From the IMG/VR virus record IMGVR_UViG_3300044991_002272: DNA of 64,000 bases. One strand, written 5' to 3'. Within the stretch, counting starts at the first letter, position 1. The number at the start of each line of letters is the position of its first letter. This document shows, in pieces, positions 36,753 through 46,799 of the stretch. The notes beneath the pieces were generated by a model. It saw only the letters and a program-made list of their open reading frames with translations. It made no database searches and was not told where the DNA came from. The stretch comes from a virus. A program made the translations under genes and the position numbers.

Positions 36753-37480
36753 CTTGCATTTCCTTCAAATCCAGCATCTTCCAGTTCTTTTTGGCAATCA
36801 AACATTGCTCGTTTGCCTTGTCCTGCATAGAGGTTTAAAATTGTTTCAATTGTTTTGTCCTCTCGGTAGGGATAGAATTGAACCTTTTTTGCCAGCAAAC
36901 AACGAAGCAGTGGCAAAGTGGAGCTATAGGAGAGATGTAAGATTCCAGGTATGGTTGGCAAGCCTTCAAGTGTGGTGAGCTGCTGGTTGATGTGGCAGAA
37001 GAAATCACCACCAACTGAAGTGGGTGCACCTTCAAGTGTGGTGAGCTGGTTGTTGTAGCAGAAGAAATTACCACCAACTGAAGTGGGTGCACCTTCAAGT
37101 GTGGTGAGCTGGTTGTTGTCGCACCAGAAACTACCACCAACTGAAGTGGGTGCACCTTCAAGTGTGGTGAGCTGCTGGTTGCTGCACGAGAAATCACCAC
37201 CAACTGAAGTGGGTGCACCTTCAAGTGTGGTGAGCTGGTTGTTGTAGCAGAAGAAATTACCACCAACTGAAGTGGGTGCACCTTCAAGTGTGGTGAGCTG
37301 GTTGATATGGCAGAAGAAATCACCACCAACCTTATCAAAAGCAACAGGCAATCTCTTCAACTTCTTTTTTAGATTTACCATACCTGTACAACTAACCAAT
37401 CCCTTATCATCAATGGTTATTGAACCAGTTGTTTTGAAATTAGCTTTCAACAAAGCCATTATTTCTTTTTTGTCTACCAT
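36746..37480 (-). CDS. LRR-like protein, array 2 copy 2 (near-perfect DNA repeats)
   Basis: Six LTTLEGAPTSVGGxFxCxxNQ-type units. Confidence 0.88.
   Translation of the reverse strand: MVDKKEIMALLKANFKTTGSITIDDKGLVSCTGMVNLKKKLKRLPVAFDKVGGDFFCHINQLTTLEGAPTSVGGNFFCYNNQLTTLEGAPTSVGGDFSCSNQQLTTLEGAPTSVGGSFWCDNNQLTTLEGAPTSVGGNFFCYNNQLTTLEGAPTSVGGDFFCHINQQLTTLEGLPTIPGILHLSYSSTLPLLRCLLAKKVQFYPYREDKTIETILNLYAGQGKRAMFDCQKELEDAGFEGNARW
37007..37300 (-). repeat. In-frame 63-bp tandem repeat: five identical 42-bp blocks separated by 21-bp variable segments
   Basis: ACCACCAACTGAAGTGGGTGCACCTTCAAGTGTGGTGAGCTG starts at 37007, 37070, 37133, 37196 and 37259. Confidence 0.95.
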
Positions 37481-38112
37481 TTTGCATTCCCTTCAAATCC
37501 AGCATCTTCCAAGTCCTTTTGACAATCAAACAAACCCTTTTTGCCTTTGCCAGCATATTTGTTCAATATCTTGGCTACCTGGTAAGCCTTCTCGAAAGTG
37601 TCACCTGTGTTTGAGAACCCAACTTCCTTAGCAACCAAAGTTCTCAACAAAGGCAAACTATTGTGCCATGTTAAGTCAACACTTGTTCCAACGTGGTTAG
37701 GAAACCCTTGTAAGGAGGTTAACCAGTTACCATGGCAGCTGAGTCTGCCTGGAATTTCAGTAGGCAGGCCTGTTAAATCACTCAAACGATTATAAGAGCA
37801 ATTGTATTCGCCGCCTACAATCTTTGTTGGTCCATGTTCAAGAGACTCTAGTTCGTTACCAGAGCAATAAAAGGACCCGCACTCTTGTGGCGCACCTAAG
37901 AGAGATTCAAGCCCCATGCTGGCAAAGCCGCAGACGCCTGTGACTTTTTTGAAACGCACAGGTAGCTGGGGAAAGGATTGCCCTACTCCCCAAGCTACAA
38001 TATCACCGTCAACAACTATCTCATTACTGGGACTCAAGGAGATTTTGGTTGTGCTAGGCACATCAAAATTTTTGTAGACCCAACTCTCTACTTGTTCTTT
38101 TGTGTCCAGCAT
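37474..38112 (-). CDS. LRR-like protein, array 2 copy 1
   Basis: Same family; ATG 38112 overlaps the TGA of the vWA gene (TGATG). Confidence 0.82.
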   Translation of the reverse strand: MLDTKEQVESWVYKNFDVPSTTKISLSPSNEIVVDGDIVAWGVGQSFPQLPVRFKKVTGVCGFASMGLESLLGAPQECGSFYCSGNELESLEHGPTKIVGGEYNCSYNRLSDLTGLPTEIPGRLSCHGNWLTSLQGFPNHVGTSVDLTWHNSLPLLRTLVAKEVGFSNTGDTFEKAYQVAKILNKYAGKGKKGLFDCQKDLEDAGFEGNAKW

Positions 38113-40421
38113 CAGAGGTGACTGAAGTTGGGTGTGTTTTGACCCAATTTTTTGACAGCCTTGCGCCAAGTGTATTCATTATCACTTATGAAAAACACAT
38201 TCCTTTTGTGGGCTTTCCACATTGTCAAGAATTGTTTCCAGTTTTGAGAATCATCCACGATGTCACTGTCACTAAAGATCATAATATTGAATCCTTCCGC
38301 AGCAGCAGCACTGAGCTGACTTGCCATGGAACCGCTAAACAGCGTGGCACCAGTGCCATGCTGTTGCAGCACATTGTTCCATCCTTTTATTTGTTTGTTT
38401 TTGTCCACAGGTTGACTCAATTGACTTAGGTTGGCGATAGGAGCGTAATAATTTTGCCCTTGATTTACAACAAAGTTTTCATGATCTCCAGCGAAAAACA
38501 TAACACCAAAAGGATAATCCACTTTGCCCAATTGTTTCAACAATGTTTCTGCTTCTTTCAAAGCTTGTGGCACAGCAGCCCACATGCTGCCTGAAGTGTC
38601 AAAAACAAACAACACTTTGTTAACAGGAACAGGACGCTTGACTTCACCGGGTTTGATTGCTGCCGCGCCCAGTTTGGCTGCTATGGGTGCGCCAGTAATG
38701 TTTCTTCGGCTGGGTTTGGTATAACTGGTGTCAATAGCCAATTGGCTGCTGGAAACCATTTTCCTAATCAAAGCTTTCCAGTTCATTTTAGGAGTAATAT
38801 CTTCCACACGTTTTTTGGCAGTGCCTAATGTCAAGTCACCACTGGCTCTAGATCCAGATGTACTCTGTTGTTCAGGTGAAGGAGGAGGCGGCGAATCCCG
38901 TTCTTCACGATTTTCCAATTTGTCTTTCAACTTCTCGTGAATTTCATCAGGAGTTGGTCCATAGACTTTTTTAGGTTTTTTACCTGCCTTTTCGCCTGGC
39001 TTTTTTTCTTTTTCTTCGCTAGGAGGCGATGGCGGTGGTGGAGGTGGAGGTGGTTCGCCTTCCATTTGAGTTTGTGGTGGAGGCGGAGTATCAGAGGGAG
39101 GAGCAGGAGGTGTAGGCGGTTGCGAACCTGGGTCCTTATAAGGTTGCATCCAAGTTACGTCATCAGATTTCCAACGCCCTTCCATCAAGACTCGTTTTTG
39201 GCGGCTTTCCGTTAAATTGCCTCGAGCTACACCAGTTCCTTTGGGGTAGTTCAATTTTTGTGTGGCTTGGTCAGGTGTCAAGATTTGTGTGTCAAAAGAA
39301 CCATCAGGATCAATTTTTGTGACTTCACCATAGGATCCATCTGGTAAGCGTACAACGTCTCCCACACTGGCTTTGTAAGGCACTTTGATTACAGGTGCAT
39401 CAGGACCTTTGGGTTGGGGTGGCAGTTTGTTGGGTTCTTCATCAATTTCTGCCATACCTTCCCAAGTTTTTCTCAAATGGGGTGGCAGCTTTTTCAACTC
39501 ATCGTGAACCAATTGGGCCATTTCGCTATAGCTGCTTTGCCGGTCACTATTGATGTGATCGCTGAACAAGCCTATTGGCAACTGTTGGTAATTGTTTTTG
39601 ACTAAGTCGTAATTGCTACGGAAATCGCTTGCCCAGTTGTGTATTTTGTGACTGAACTCTGGCATTTGTTTGCCATAATTGAAGTCACCCCAGGCAAAGT
39701 GCATGTATTCGTGCATAATGAGAAACTCCACATACACATATGCATCTGGAATAGATCCGCCATTGCTTTGATATTTCTTGCCTTCGCCTTGGGCACCTTC
39801 AATTACAGCCCAGTCCATGAGATTTTGCATGAAATGAGTATTGAAAACAAAGTCTCCACGTTCTGTAGCACAGGCAGTTTTCACACCATTGAACTTTTTG
39901 AACTCTGGCAGATCGCTAGGAATCAAAATGGGATGAACTTTCCAGATTCTGCGAATTGGGTCAGCAGGTTGTTTCAAAGGGCGGAACATAGGATGCTCTT
40001 GCTGAACCATTTGAGCCAGTTTCAAAAACGTTGTGGGATCAAACTGAACCAATTGTGGATTTGGACGATTGGTATTGTGCCGTACTGACGAAACTAGATC
40101 AAACACCGCATTCTCAGCAGCATTGTGTGCAATTGTTTCATACAATATAGGACTATATTTTTTGATCTCTTCAATTTCTGCCATTTTTTTCTTAACATCA
40201 CGAATGATAATTGCCACAGGTACACCTGTGACTTCACTTGCATGTTGAATTACTTCTTGAATATGAGGATCTTGTAGAGAACTCTTTTTGAAGGGCGTTT
40301 CGCCCATTTCGCGTGCACGCATAGTCCAAGCCTCAGTAACCCTTGTTCTGGCGGTTACTGAGGTCTTGGTATCCAAAGCCAAAAGTGTTTTGGCTAAATT
40401 GCTCTTGACAGAAAATGCCAT
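38112..40421 (-). CDS. Putative metallopeptidase + Pro-rich linker + vWA domain protein (DUF2201-like)
   Basis: TACAT...FVFN, MHEYMHF (HExxH), polyproline linker, VLFVFDTSGSM MIDAS, IFSDSD. Confidence 0.8.
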   Translation of the reverse strand: MAFSVKSNLAKTLLALDTKTSVTARTRVTEAWTMRAREMGETPFKKSSLQDPHIQEVIQHASEVTGVPVAIIIRDVKKKMAEIEEIKKYSPILYETIAHNAAENAVFDLVSSVRHNTNRPNPQLVQFDPTTFLKLAQMVQQEHPMFRPLKQPADPIRRIWKVHPILIPSDLPEFKKFNGVKTACATERGDFVFNTHFMQNLMDWAVIEGAQGEGKKYQSNGGSIPDAYVYVEFLIMHEYMHFAWGDFNYGKQMPEFSHKIHNWASDFRSNYDLVKNNYQQLPIGLFSDHINSDRQSSYSEMAQLVHDELKKLPPHLRKTWEGMAEIDEEPNKLPPQPKGPDAPVIKVPYKASVGDVVRLPDGSYGEVTKIDPDGSFDTQILTPDQATQKLNYPKGTGVARGNLTESRQKRVLMEGRWKSDDVTWMQPYKDPGSQPPTPPAPPSDTPPPPQTQMEGEPPPPPPPPSPPSEEKEKKPGEKAGKKPKKVYGPTPDEIHEKLKDKLENREERDSPPPPSPEQQSTSGSRASGDLTLGTAKKRVEDITPKMNWKALIRKMVSSSQLAIDTSYTKPSRRNITGAPIAAKLGAAAIKPGEVKRPVPVNKVLFVFDTSGSMWAAVPQALKEAETLLKQLGKVDYPFGVMFFAGDHENFVVNQGQNYYAPIANLSQLSQPVDKNKQIKGWNNVLQQHGTGATLFSGSMASQLSAAAAEGFNIMIFSDSDIVDDSQNWKQFLTMWKAHKRNVFFISDNEYTWRKAVKKLGQNTPNFSHL

Positions 40422-40439
40422 TGTTGGTCCTATCTTTGA

Positions 40440-43136
40440 TTATGTTCCTGCTGGTTTTCTGAAACTTCTTACTTTGGCTGCAATCTTGCGTTGATAATCC
40501 ATCAACGTGTTTTGATACCCCTCTACAGCAGCCAAGGCAGCTTTTGATGCAGCCTGATCAGTTTTGGCAAGATCTTTAGCCTCTTCTTCCATTCTCTCAA
40601 TATCAGCAATGAACACGCTGCTCCAGAACTTTCTCAACGCAGCTTCCATACTTTGTCCAATTTGGCTACTGAGCTTGTGAACATTCATTGCCATGATAAT
40701 TTCATCAACAATGAAGTTCACTTTGTCGATCAAATCTTGGCTTATTTGAACTACACCATCTTGCATGACTTTTTTGTTATGCGTTTTGCTGACCAACAGA
40801 TCAAACTTGTTGGCCTCTTGTGCAGCAACGTTTGTTAACCAAGCTAGGAACTCATTGGTGAAGTCAGCTGGGCTGAATTGTGTGTCAACCCAATTCATAA
40901 ATGCCACATTGTCTTTCAAATGCTTGCTGGGATTACGAACTGCGCTGTCAAAAATACTTTCAAGTGAGGCACCAGTTGTTTCCGCAGTTGTGAGCTTTTC
41001 TTTTTGTTCTTGTAACCATAGATCCAGTTGATCCACAAACATTTCTCTATCAACTTCGTTTTTGAAGAGAACATTGTCCATAGTCATCATAATCTTTTTG
41101 CTGGCCATTTTCAACACTGCATCAACGTAGCTATCACTGTCAAATTCGCCGTCTGGTCTCACAAATTGCTCTTTTTTCTCAACCACTCTATCCAAACCGC
41201 GTTGAAGTGCCAACAGCATGTCTGAATACTCTCTGCCACTGATATACACATCGTCATCGCCCACTTGAATATAAAATTGGCGGCTGTCAGAATGGATGTT
41301 ACGGCTGGGGTCAGGCACGTCCAGTTTGAATTTATCTGCAAAGTTGTGAACCAACATACGAGCTATTTCACTAGCCTCTTCACTCAAATCAGCCCGCATC
41401 AAAGCCTCGCTATCATGGAAATCCTTTTGCGAACTCCATCGAGGCGCGGCAGCAATATAGTCGGTTGCGTCTTTCATATGGCCAGTTAGTGGTTGTGTTT
41501 TGATATCAGTGGGATTCATAGCAGCCACAACAATTATATTGTAAGGCAGCTTGACATCATCAGTGAAACTTTTGTTCAAAATCACTCTGCGCAATGTGTT
41601 ATAAGTGGCTGCTTCTTCAGGACGATTGAATTCATCAAAGAACAAGAGATACTGCTTGGATTTTTCAAGCCATTCTTGTTTCCTGGCTTCAGAGATTTTG
41701 GATGAGTTAAGAAAAGCTTCTTTCTTCTTCTCCATCTCATCCATAATCTTCTTATACAATGGAGGATCAGCAAACTTCACATCATATCTGCCGTCCTTTT
41801 CTTGAGGCAATGGAATACCTGTTACATCTTCAGGACGCAATCCACTGCAAGAAACACGAATAAGGCGCAAGTTCAACTTGTCAGCAATGGACGCCATTTC
41901 TGCGGTTTTACCAATGCCAGGTTGTCCAGCAACAATAGGAACATAGGCTCTAGCATCGCCCATTTTTTGAGCCATTTCAACCTGATGCATCAGGGTATCA
42001 CGCCAAAGAGTTGGACTGTTGGGGCTTACTGATGCCAGTTCACTACCACTTGTATCTCTGATAATATCTCGGACTATGGCATCAACCTTGCTGTATAGCT
42101 TGCTGGTGTTTTCAATGTCCTGGAAATTGGCTTTGATATTGGCCAAAAGAGCAGCAGCATCTTCTGTTGTTTTGACTGGCACTGCTGCATTTACATAACT
42201 GATAATCTGTTCCCAGCGACGAGGACTTGTTCTGATTTCATTCTCAACATCATCAAAACTGATGTGCTCATCTTTTATGGCTTTGTAAAAAGCTGTTGCT
42301 ACCTCTGGCTTGAGATGCACACCATCTTTTTCAAATTTGGCAGTCAAATAATGAAAGAAATCACTTTTGTTGGGCGGGGTGAAATGAATTTGTTGAAACT
42401 GATAATTCAAAGGCATTTTTTCAACAGTGCCACCCACATCTTGTAGGTTGCTGGCATACAAACTATACACGTTTGACGGCAAAGGATCTTGACCCACTCG
42501 TTTGTCAATCACCAATTCACGCAAAATGTTGCGCACACCGCCAGTTACTTGGCGCATGAACTCATCAAGGAACAGGATACTTTTGTATTTGCTACGAACC
42601 TCACTGACTCTGCGAGGAATACTTGTGTTGGTGCCACCTAATGCTTGCCAAATGGCCTTGGTGTTGTTGCTGGCATTGGTGTTGATATGATTCAACAGTT
42701 CTTGGTCACTGACTGGCTTTTGGGCTTGTAACAGGGAAACCAAGTGACTTTTACCATAAACCACGTCCCAGTCTTTTGTGCTGATCTGTTCACTACCGGC
42801 TTTTTTGGCTTTGGTAAGGGGATTGTAGACCATAAAAGGAATGTTAACAAGATGCTCTTCAGTAATGTGCGGAGCTTCCACAACCACTGCATTCATACCC
42901 ACTAATTCAGCCAACTGTGCAACAAAGGTGGTTTTGCCAATACCAGTTGGTCCCACAAGGATAACACCTGAAATGTGATCCAGCATGTTGTCCAACACGT
43001 CTTCAATCATTTCTGTTCGAGAATTCAGTGTAGCACTGCTGACAGATATTTTGGCTGGTGCTGGTTTTGCGCCACTGCCGGGAGAGACAGCTTCCAATAA
43101 TGCGTTTTGTAATACTCTAGTAATCTTTGATTTCAT
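40440..43136 (-). CDS. Tandem two-domain AAA+ ATPase (MoxR-like)
   Basis: Two Walker A (GPTGIGKT, GQPGIGKT) and two Walker B (LFLDEF, LFFDEF) motifs, plus SPRRW/SGREY sensor-2-like motifs. Confidence 0.85.
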   Translation of the reverse strand: MKSKITRVLQNALLEAVSPGSGAKPAPAKISVSSATLNSRTEMIEDVLDNMLDHISGVILVGPTGIGKTTFVAQLAELVGMNAVVVEAPHITEEHLVNIPFMVYNPLTKAKKAGSEQISTKDWDVVYGKSHLVSLLQAQKPVSDQELLNHINTNASNNTKAIWQALGGTNTSIPRRVSEVRSKYKSILFLDEFMRQVTGGVRNILRELVIDKRVGQDPLPSNVYSLYASNLQDVGGTVEKMPLNYQFQQIHFTPPNKSDFFHYLTAKFEKDGVHLKPEVATAFYKAIKDEHISFDDVENEIRTSPRRWEQIISYVNAAVPVKTTEDAAALLANIKANFQDIENTSKLYSKVDAIVRDIIRDTSGSELASVSPNSPTLWRDTLMHQVEMAQKMGDARAYVPIVAGQPGIGKTAEMASIADKLNLRLIRVSCSGLRPEDVTGIPLPQEKDGRYDVKFADPPLYKKIMDEMEKKKEAFLNSSKISEARKQEWLEKSKQYLLFFDEFNRPEEAATYNTLRRVILNKSFTDDVKLPYNIIVVAAMNPTDIKTQPLTGHMKDATDYIAAAPRWSSQKDFHDSEALMRADLSEEASEIARMLVHNFADKFKLDVPDPSRNIHSDSRQFYIQVGDDDVYISGREYSDMLLALQRGLDRVVEKKEQFVRPDGEFDSDSYVDAVLKMASKKIMMTMDNVLFKNEVDREMFVDQLDLWLQEQKEKLTTAETTGASLESIFDSAVRNPSKHLKDNVAFMNWVDTQFSPADFTNEFLAWLTNVAAQEANKFDLLVSKTHNKKVMQDGVVQISQDLIDKVNFIVDEIIMAMNVHKLSSQIGQSMEAALRKFWSSVFIADIERMEEEAKDLAKTDQAASKAALAAVEGYQNTLMDYQRKIAAKVRSFRKPAGT

Positions 43137-43138
43137 TA

Positions 43139-43399
43139 TCAATCCCATTTCAATATACGAGCCCACAAGTCTGGATCAGTGTCTCTAATCAGTTCCAATT
43201 CACTACCTGGCTTCACTGAGTGACCAGGAGGCAACACACCTGTCATAGGCTGAGAGGTATTGTGTGTTACCTCTCGCATTTGGTGAGGGATTTTGAATTT
43301 TAACTTTTTCTCAACCAATGATGGTGGACTGGCAACAACGGATTGCGTGGTCTTTTTTTGAGGTTTTTGTGGCTTTTTGGCAAATTCGTTGGCTTGCAT
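43139..43399 (-). CDS. Hypothetical protein
   Basis: GAGGA RBS, TAAATA at 43426-43431; first gene of the AAA/vWA operon. Confidence 0.65.
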   Translation of the reverse strand: MQANEFAKKPQKPQKKTTQSVVASPPSLVEKKLKFKIPHQMREVTHNTSQPMTGVLPPGHSVKPGSELELIRDTDPDLWARILKWD

Positions 43400-43445
43400 A
43401 AGGATTTCCTCGTGAATTTCAAAGGTATTTATTGTAGTGCACGGT

Positions 43446-44861
43446 TTATGATTTGTTGCGAGGCAAAGATTTCAAAAGAGCTTGAGTCTCTTTTTTGTAA
43501 TTGTCGCGAATCTTTTTGGGATCTTTGAGCAACTGTTGCAGTGCATCAATTTCAAGGGTCAAGCGTGCAATGTCTTCAATAATCTTCTCAACACTGTCCT
43601 TGGACCATCGATAGCTGGGAAGGCCTACAATTCGATCCAGTTGGTCTTCGTCTAGGCAAACGCCTTTGACCAGTTTTTCAACTCTAGCTTGCACTTCAGC
43701 ACGATTTTGGGCCAAGGGCAAGAATTTGGGCAAGCCACCCTCAACACAGAGTTTGATAGCTTTGGCAAAGTTCAGTTCTCGTGTGAGATCAGCAATTTGT
43801 TTTTCATAACGCTTGGCATACCAACTTAGTCTCCACTCCACAAATGCTTGCACTAGCGACTCAGGATTGGGATATTGGCGGATGCTGGCGCCGTTGAAGT
43901 CTAGAACAACCAATCGCTGTGTTGTCTTGCTTTTGAGTTTCAAAAATCCAATGAACTTGTCTTCATCCCAGCCTTCAATCGAACCTCTTTTGAATCTGAT
44001 TTCTACGTCAATTGTTTTGGTGCTGCGGTCAATGTAGGTGGTGATGCTGCCGTCATCTTCCATTTGATTTAGTCGAGCTTTGAACTTTTCAAGGCTGAGA
44101 TCAGGCGGCAACTCAGTTACCCGTAACACTGTGCTGCCTTCAATCTTGACCTTTCCGGTGAACTCATAGCTGTTATTGCCAAGAGAATTGACACCTACAT
44201 TGAGATAATCAAAGCTGGGCAGTAGTGCGGGCAATGGTTTTTTGTCAATAGCAGCCACAGTTGCAGCCACTAGGTTTTCCAAGCTGTGGGGCAAGATCTC
44301 TGTACTCCAGCCCACAGCAATACCGCTCACACCATTTAGCAGCACCAATGGCACAAGTGGCAGAAAGTTCACTGGTTCCAGAGTGCTGCCATCATAATTG
44401 GGCTTCAATGGCACAATGTCAAGGTCAGTGTAGAGCAATGCGTCAGCAGCCCGACCACGTTTTACATAAGTGTATCGAGGTGCACCCCAACTGTCTGGAC
44501 CAACTCGAGTGCCAAATGCACCAATGCCATCAAACAATGGAACATTGTTCAGATACGGTGCTGCCAGTCTACTGATGGTTTCAGCAGCACTAACGTCTCC
44601 GTGAAGAAACAGCCCTTCTTGAATCGCAGAACCGGCAAGGCTGATGGTCTTAACCTTCTCACTTTTGCTTCTCATCAACCACAGCATCTTACGTTGTCCA
44701 TCCTTCAAACCATCACAAATGCTGGGAATAGCCCGGTTTTGGGCAGTGTAGATGGCATATTCTTTGGAGCTTGTGTTGATGAAGGCGCTTGTTTGCCCGC
44801 CAATGTCCACAATGTCTGGTGTCACAGGTGTAGTTGATGTTCCTGCTCGAGACTTCTTCAT
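43446..44861 (-). CDS. Type IIA DNA topoisomerase, breakage-reunion subunit (T4 gp52-like)
   Basis: RAIPS..DGLK.GQRK, HGD, GAFGTR, GAPRY (catalytic Tyr), P.VLLNG..GIAVGW; no C-terminal pinwheel domain. Confidence 0.92.
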   Translation of the reverse strand: MKKSRAGTSTTPVTPDIVDIGGQTSAFINTSSKEYAIYTAQNRAIPSICDGLKDGQRKMLWLMRSKSEKVKTISLAGSAIQEGLFLHGDVSAAETISRLAAPYLNNVPLFDGIGAFGTRVGPDSWGAPRYTYVKRGRAADALLYTDLDIVPLKPNYDGSTLEPVNFLPLVPLVLLNGVSGIAVGWSTEILPHSLENLVAATVAAIDKKPLPALLPSFDYLNVGVNSLGNNSYEFTGKVKIEGSTVLRVTELPPDLSLEKFKARLNQMEDDGSITTYIDRSTKTIDVEIRFKRGSIEGWDEDKFIGFLKLKSKTTQRLVVLDFNGASIRQYPNPESLVQAFVEWRLSWYAKRYEKQIADLTRELNFAKAIKLCVEGGLPKFLPLAQNRAEVQARVEKLVKGVCLDEDQLDRIVGLPSYRWSKDSVEKIIEDIARLTLEIDALQQLLKDPKKIRDNYKKETQALLKSLPRNKS

Positions 44862-44862
44862 G

Positions 44863-46755
44863 TTAAATTTCCATCCATTGTTTTCTGAGATCAGCTTTTG
44901 TGTGATTGAACAAGAGGTCAAGAGTCCCGTCAAGTTTGCCATCATCAGTCAAAGGCACAAGCCTGGGCTTCAACAAACTGTTGCGCCAATCAACTTCTTC
45001 CAAACTGCCCAGGCCCTTTGCCCTAGTGGGCTTGGGACAACCTTCCCAGTCACGTCCATTGTAATTGGTGTGGTCATCACTGTACCAATAATGCCGGTTC
45101 TTTTTCTTGTCCTCTTGAATAATGAATGGTGTTGAGAACACAAGGAAAAATGGTTGTTGCTGAGGATCAAACAATTCTGACCAGTGCAGATAAAAGAAGT
45201 TAACCAAAAGAGCCATAATGTTAGCGCCATCTGTGTCACTGTCACAAGTGATCCACACTTGTCCATACCTCAAGTTGTCACGAACACATTTTTGTCCCAG
45301 TGTTAGCCCAATGCTGCTCATGATGTCTTGTAGCACACTGTTGTCCAACACTGTTTTGTTGCTCTCACCTCTCACATTTAGGATCTTGCCCCGCAAAGGC
45401 AGGCCACCATGCACATCTGGATCACGCACCGCTGCCACACTGCTAACTGCCGAATCACCTTCTGTAATCAACAAGATGCATTTGGTTCGATCTTTTCCTG
45501 TGGCATCCATTAGCTTGGGCACTTTGGTGCGCAGCACTTTTCGTGCCAGCTTGGCTGTTTCAGCATCATCTTTTTTCTGAGTACGAGCTGCACAACGGGC
45601 ATAGATTTGATCAATCCATTCTTTGTGATCCTTTTGAATCCTCTTGTACAGCTTGTCGTCATCCAAGGCTGTGCGAATGTATGACTCCACGTCCTCATTG
45701 ATTAGTCTTGTTTTGTTTTGGCTATCAAAGTTAGGAGCGTGCATCTGCGTAATATTGTAGACCAAGATGCCTTCTTGAATGTCACTTCTGTTGGGTGTGA
45801 GTGCCCGCCTACGACTTTCTTTCTCTAAGCTTTTGAGAAGATTGGAGAAAAATACACGTTTGAACACATCTATGTGGTGCCCACCGTTGAACGCAGGAAT
45901 ATCATTTACTGTGCTGTGAACAAACTCACCCTCAGTTTGAAAATTTGGCACAAGGAAAAATGTGCTGAGAAAATTGTCTGCTTCCGAGGTGATTTTGATG
46001 AAGTTGGAATCTGAGAAAAATGTTTTCTCCACAGTGTTTTTGACAACCACTTTTTCACCATTGAATGTGAATTTAACAGTGGGATGATTGGCTGCCACCT
46101 CATACACTCGAGATTGAACAAAACTTGTGGGCAGGATGCGATGTTTGAACACACCCTTGCTGAGAGTGAAAGTCAACTCTGTGCCAGACTTGGCTGCGCT
46201 TTTGATGATTTTGGGATCACTTACTTGTAAGTCTTTGAACACAGCATTGGGTTCGGAAAATGTTTGTGTAAACTTGCTGCCGTCCCGATACACGGTTACT
46301 GTACTGGTTTCACAGCAATGGATTGTAGCCGAGCTGCCAATACCATTTGTGCCTCGGACTTCCCCACGTTCGCCAAAATTACGTCCAGCACGTGGATACA
46401 CCAGCACCATAGTGGCTTTGTGCATGTTTTCACTTTCATCCCAGTCAATGGGAATACCACGCCCATCATCTTTCACACTGAAGCTGCCTGCTGTTTCATC
46501 GTAAGAAACGTCAATACGGGATCCAGAGCTGTGACCAATTACCTCATCTAGAGCATTATCAAATATCTCGCGAAAAGCGCAATACATGGCTGGTGTCCAT
46601 GTGACTTCTTGTGCTTCCAGTTTTTTGCCAGTCCAGTTGATGACAGTTTGTGTATGCGGGCTTCTGCTGCCCAAATACATTTCAGTGCGTAATCTGATAT
46701 GGTCCCCGTCGCTTAGCTTCCTGATATCGTTGTTGCTCATGTTCTCTGTACTCAA
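44863..46755 (-). CDS. Type IIA DNA topoisomerase, ATPase/TOPRIM subunit (T4 gp39+60-like)
   Basis: EIFDNALDE, DDGRGIP, G.NGIG, LITEGDSA, PLRGKILN, CDSDTDG, KGLGS motifs. Confidence 0.93.
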   Translation of the reverse strand: MSTENMSNNDIRKLSDGDHIRLRTEMYLGSRSPHTQTVINWTGKKLEAQEVTWTPAMYCAFREIFDNALDEVIGHSSGSRIDVSYDETAGSFSVKDDGRGIPIDWDESENMHKATMVLVYPRAGRNFGERGEVRGTNGIGSSATIHCCETSTVTVYRDGSKFTQTFSEPNAVFKDLQVSDPKIIKSAAKSGTELTFTLSKGVFKHRILPTSFVQSRVYEVAANHPTVKFTFNGEKVVVKNTVEKTFFSDSNFIKITSEADNFLSTFFLVPNFQTEGEFVHSTVNDIPAFNGGHHIDVFKRVFFSNLLKSLEKESRRRALTPNRSDIQEGILVYNITQMHAPNFDSQNKTRLINEDVESYIRTALDDDKLYKRIQKDHKEWIDQIYARCAARTQKKDDAETAKLARKVLRTKVPKLMDATGKDRTKCILLITEGDSAVSSVAAVRDPDVHGGLPLRGKILNVRGESNKTVLDNSVLQDIMSSIGLTLGQKCVRDNLRYGQVWITCDSDTDGANIMALLVNFFYLHWSELFDPQQQPFFLVFSTPFIIQEDKKKNRHYWYSDDHTNYNGRDWEGCPKPTRAKGLGSLEEVDWRNSLLKPRLVPLTDDGKLDGTLDLLFNHTKADLRKQWMEI

Positions 46756-46799
46756 AAATTGTAGTGTGATTATATGTAGTGTTTTTGTTGGGTCAAAAC

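Noticed and set aside
37007-37300. CRISPR-like pattern of identical 42-bp repeats with variable spacers
   Set aside because: The period is exactly 63 bp and in frame within a protein gene. Spacers are only 21 bp and similar to each other. There is no cas gene or leader.
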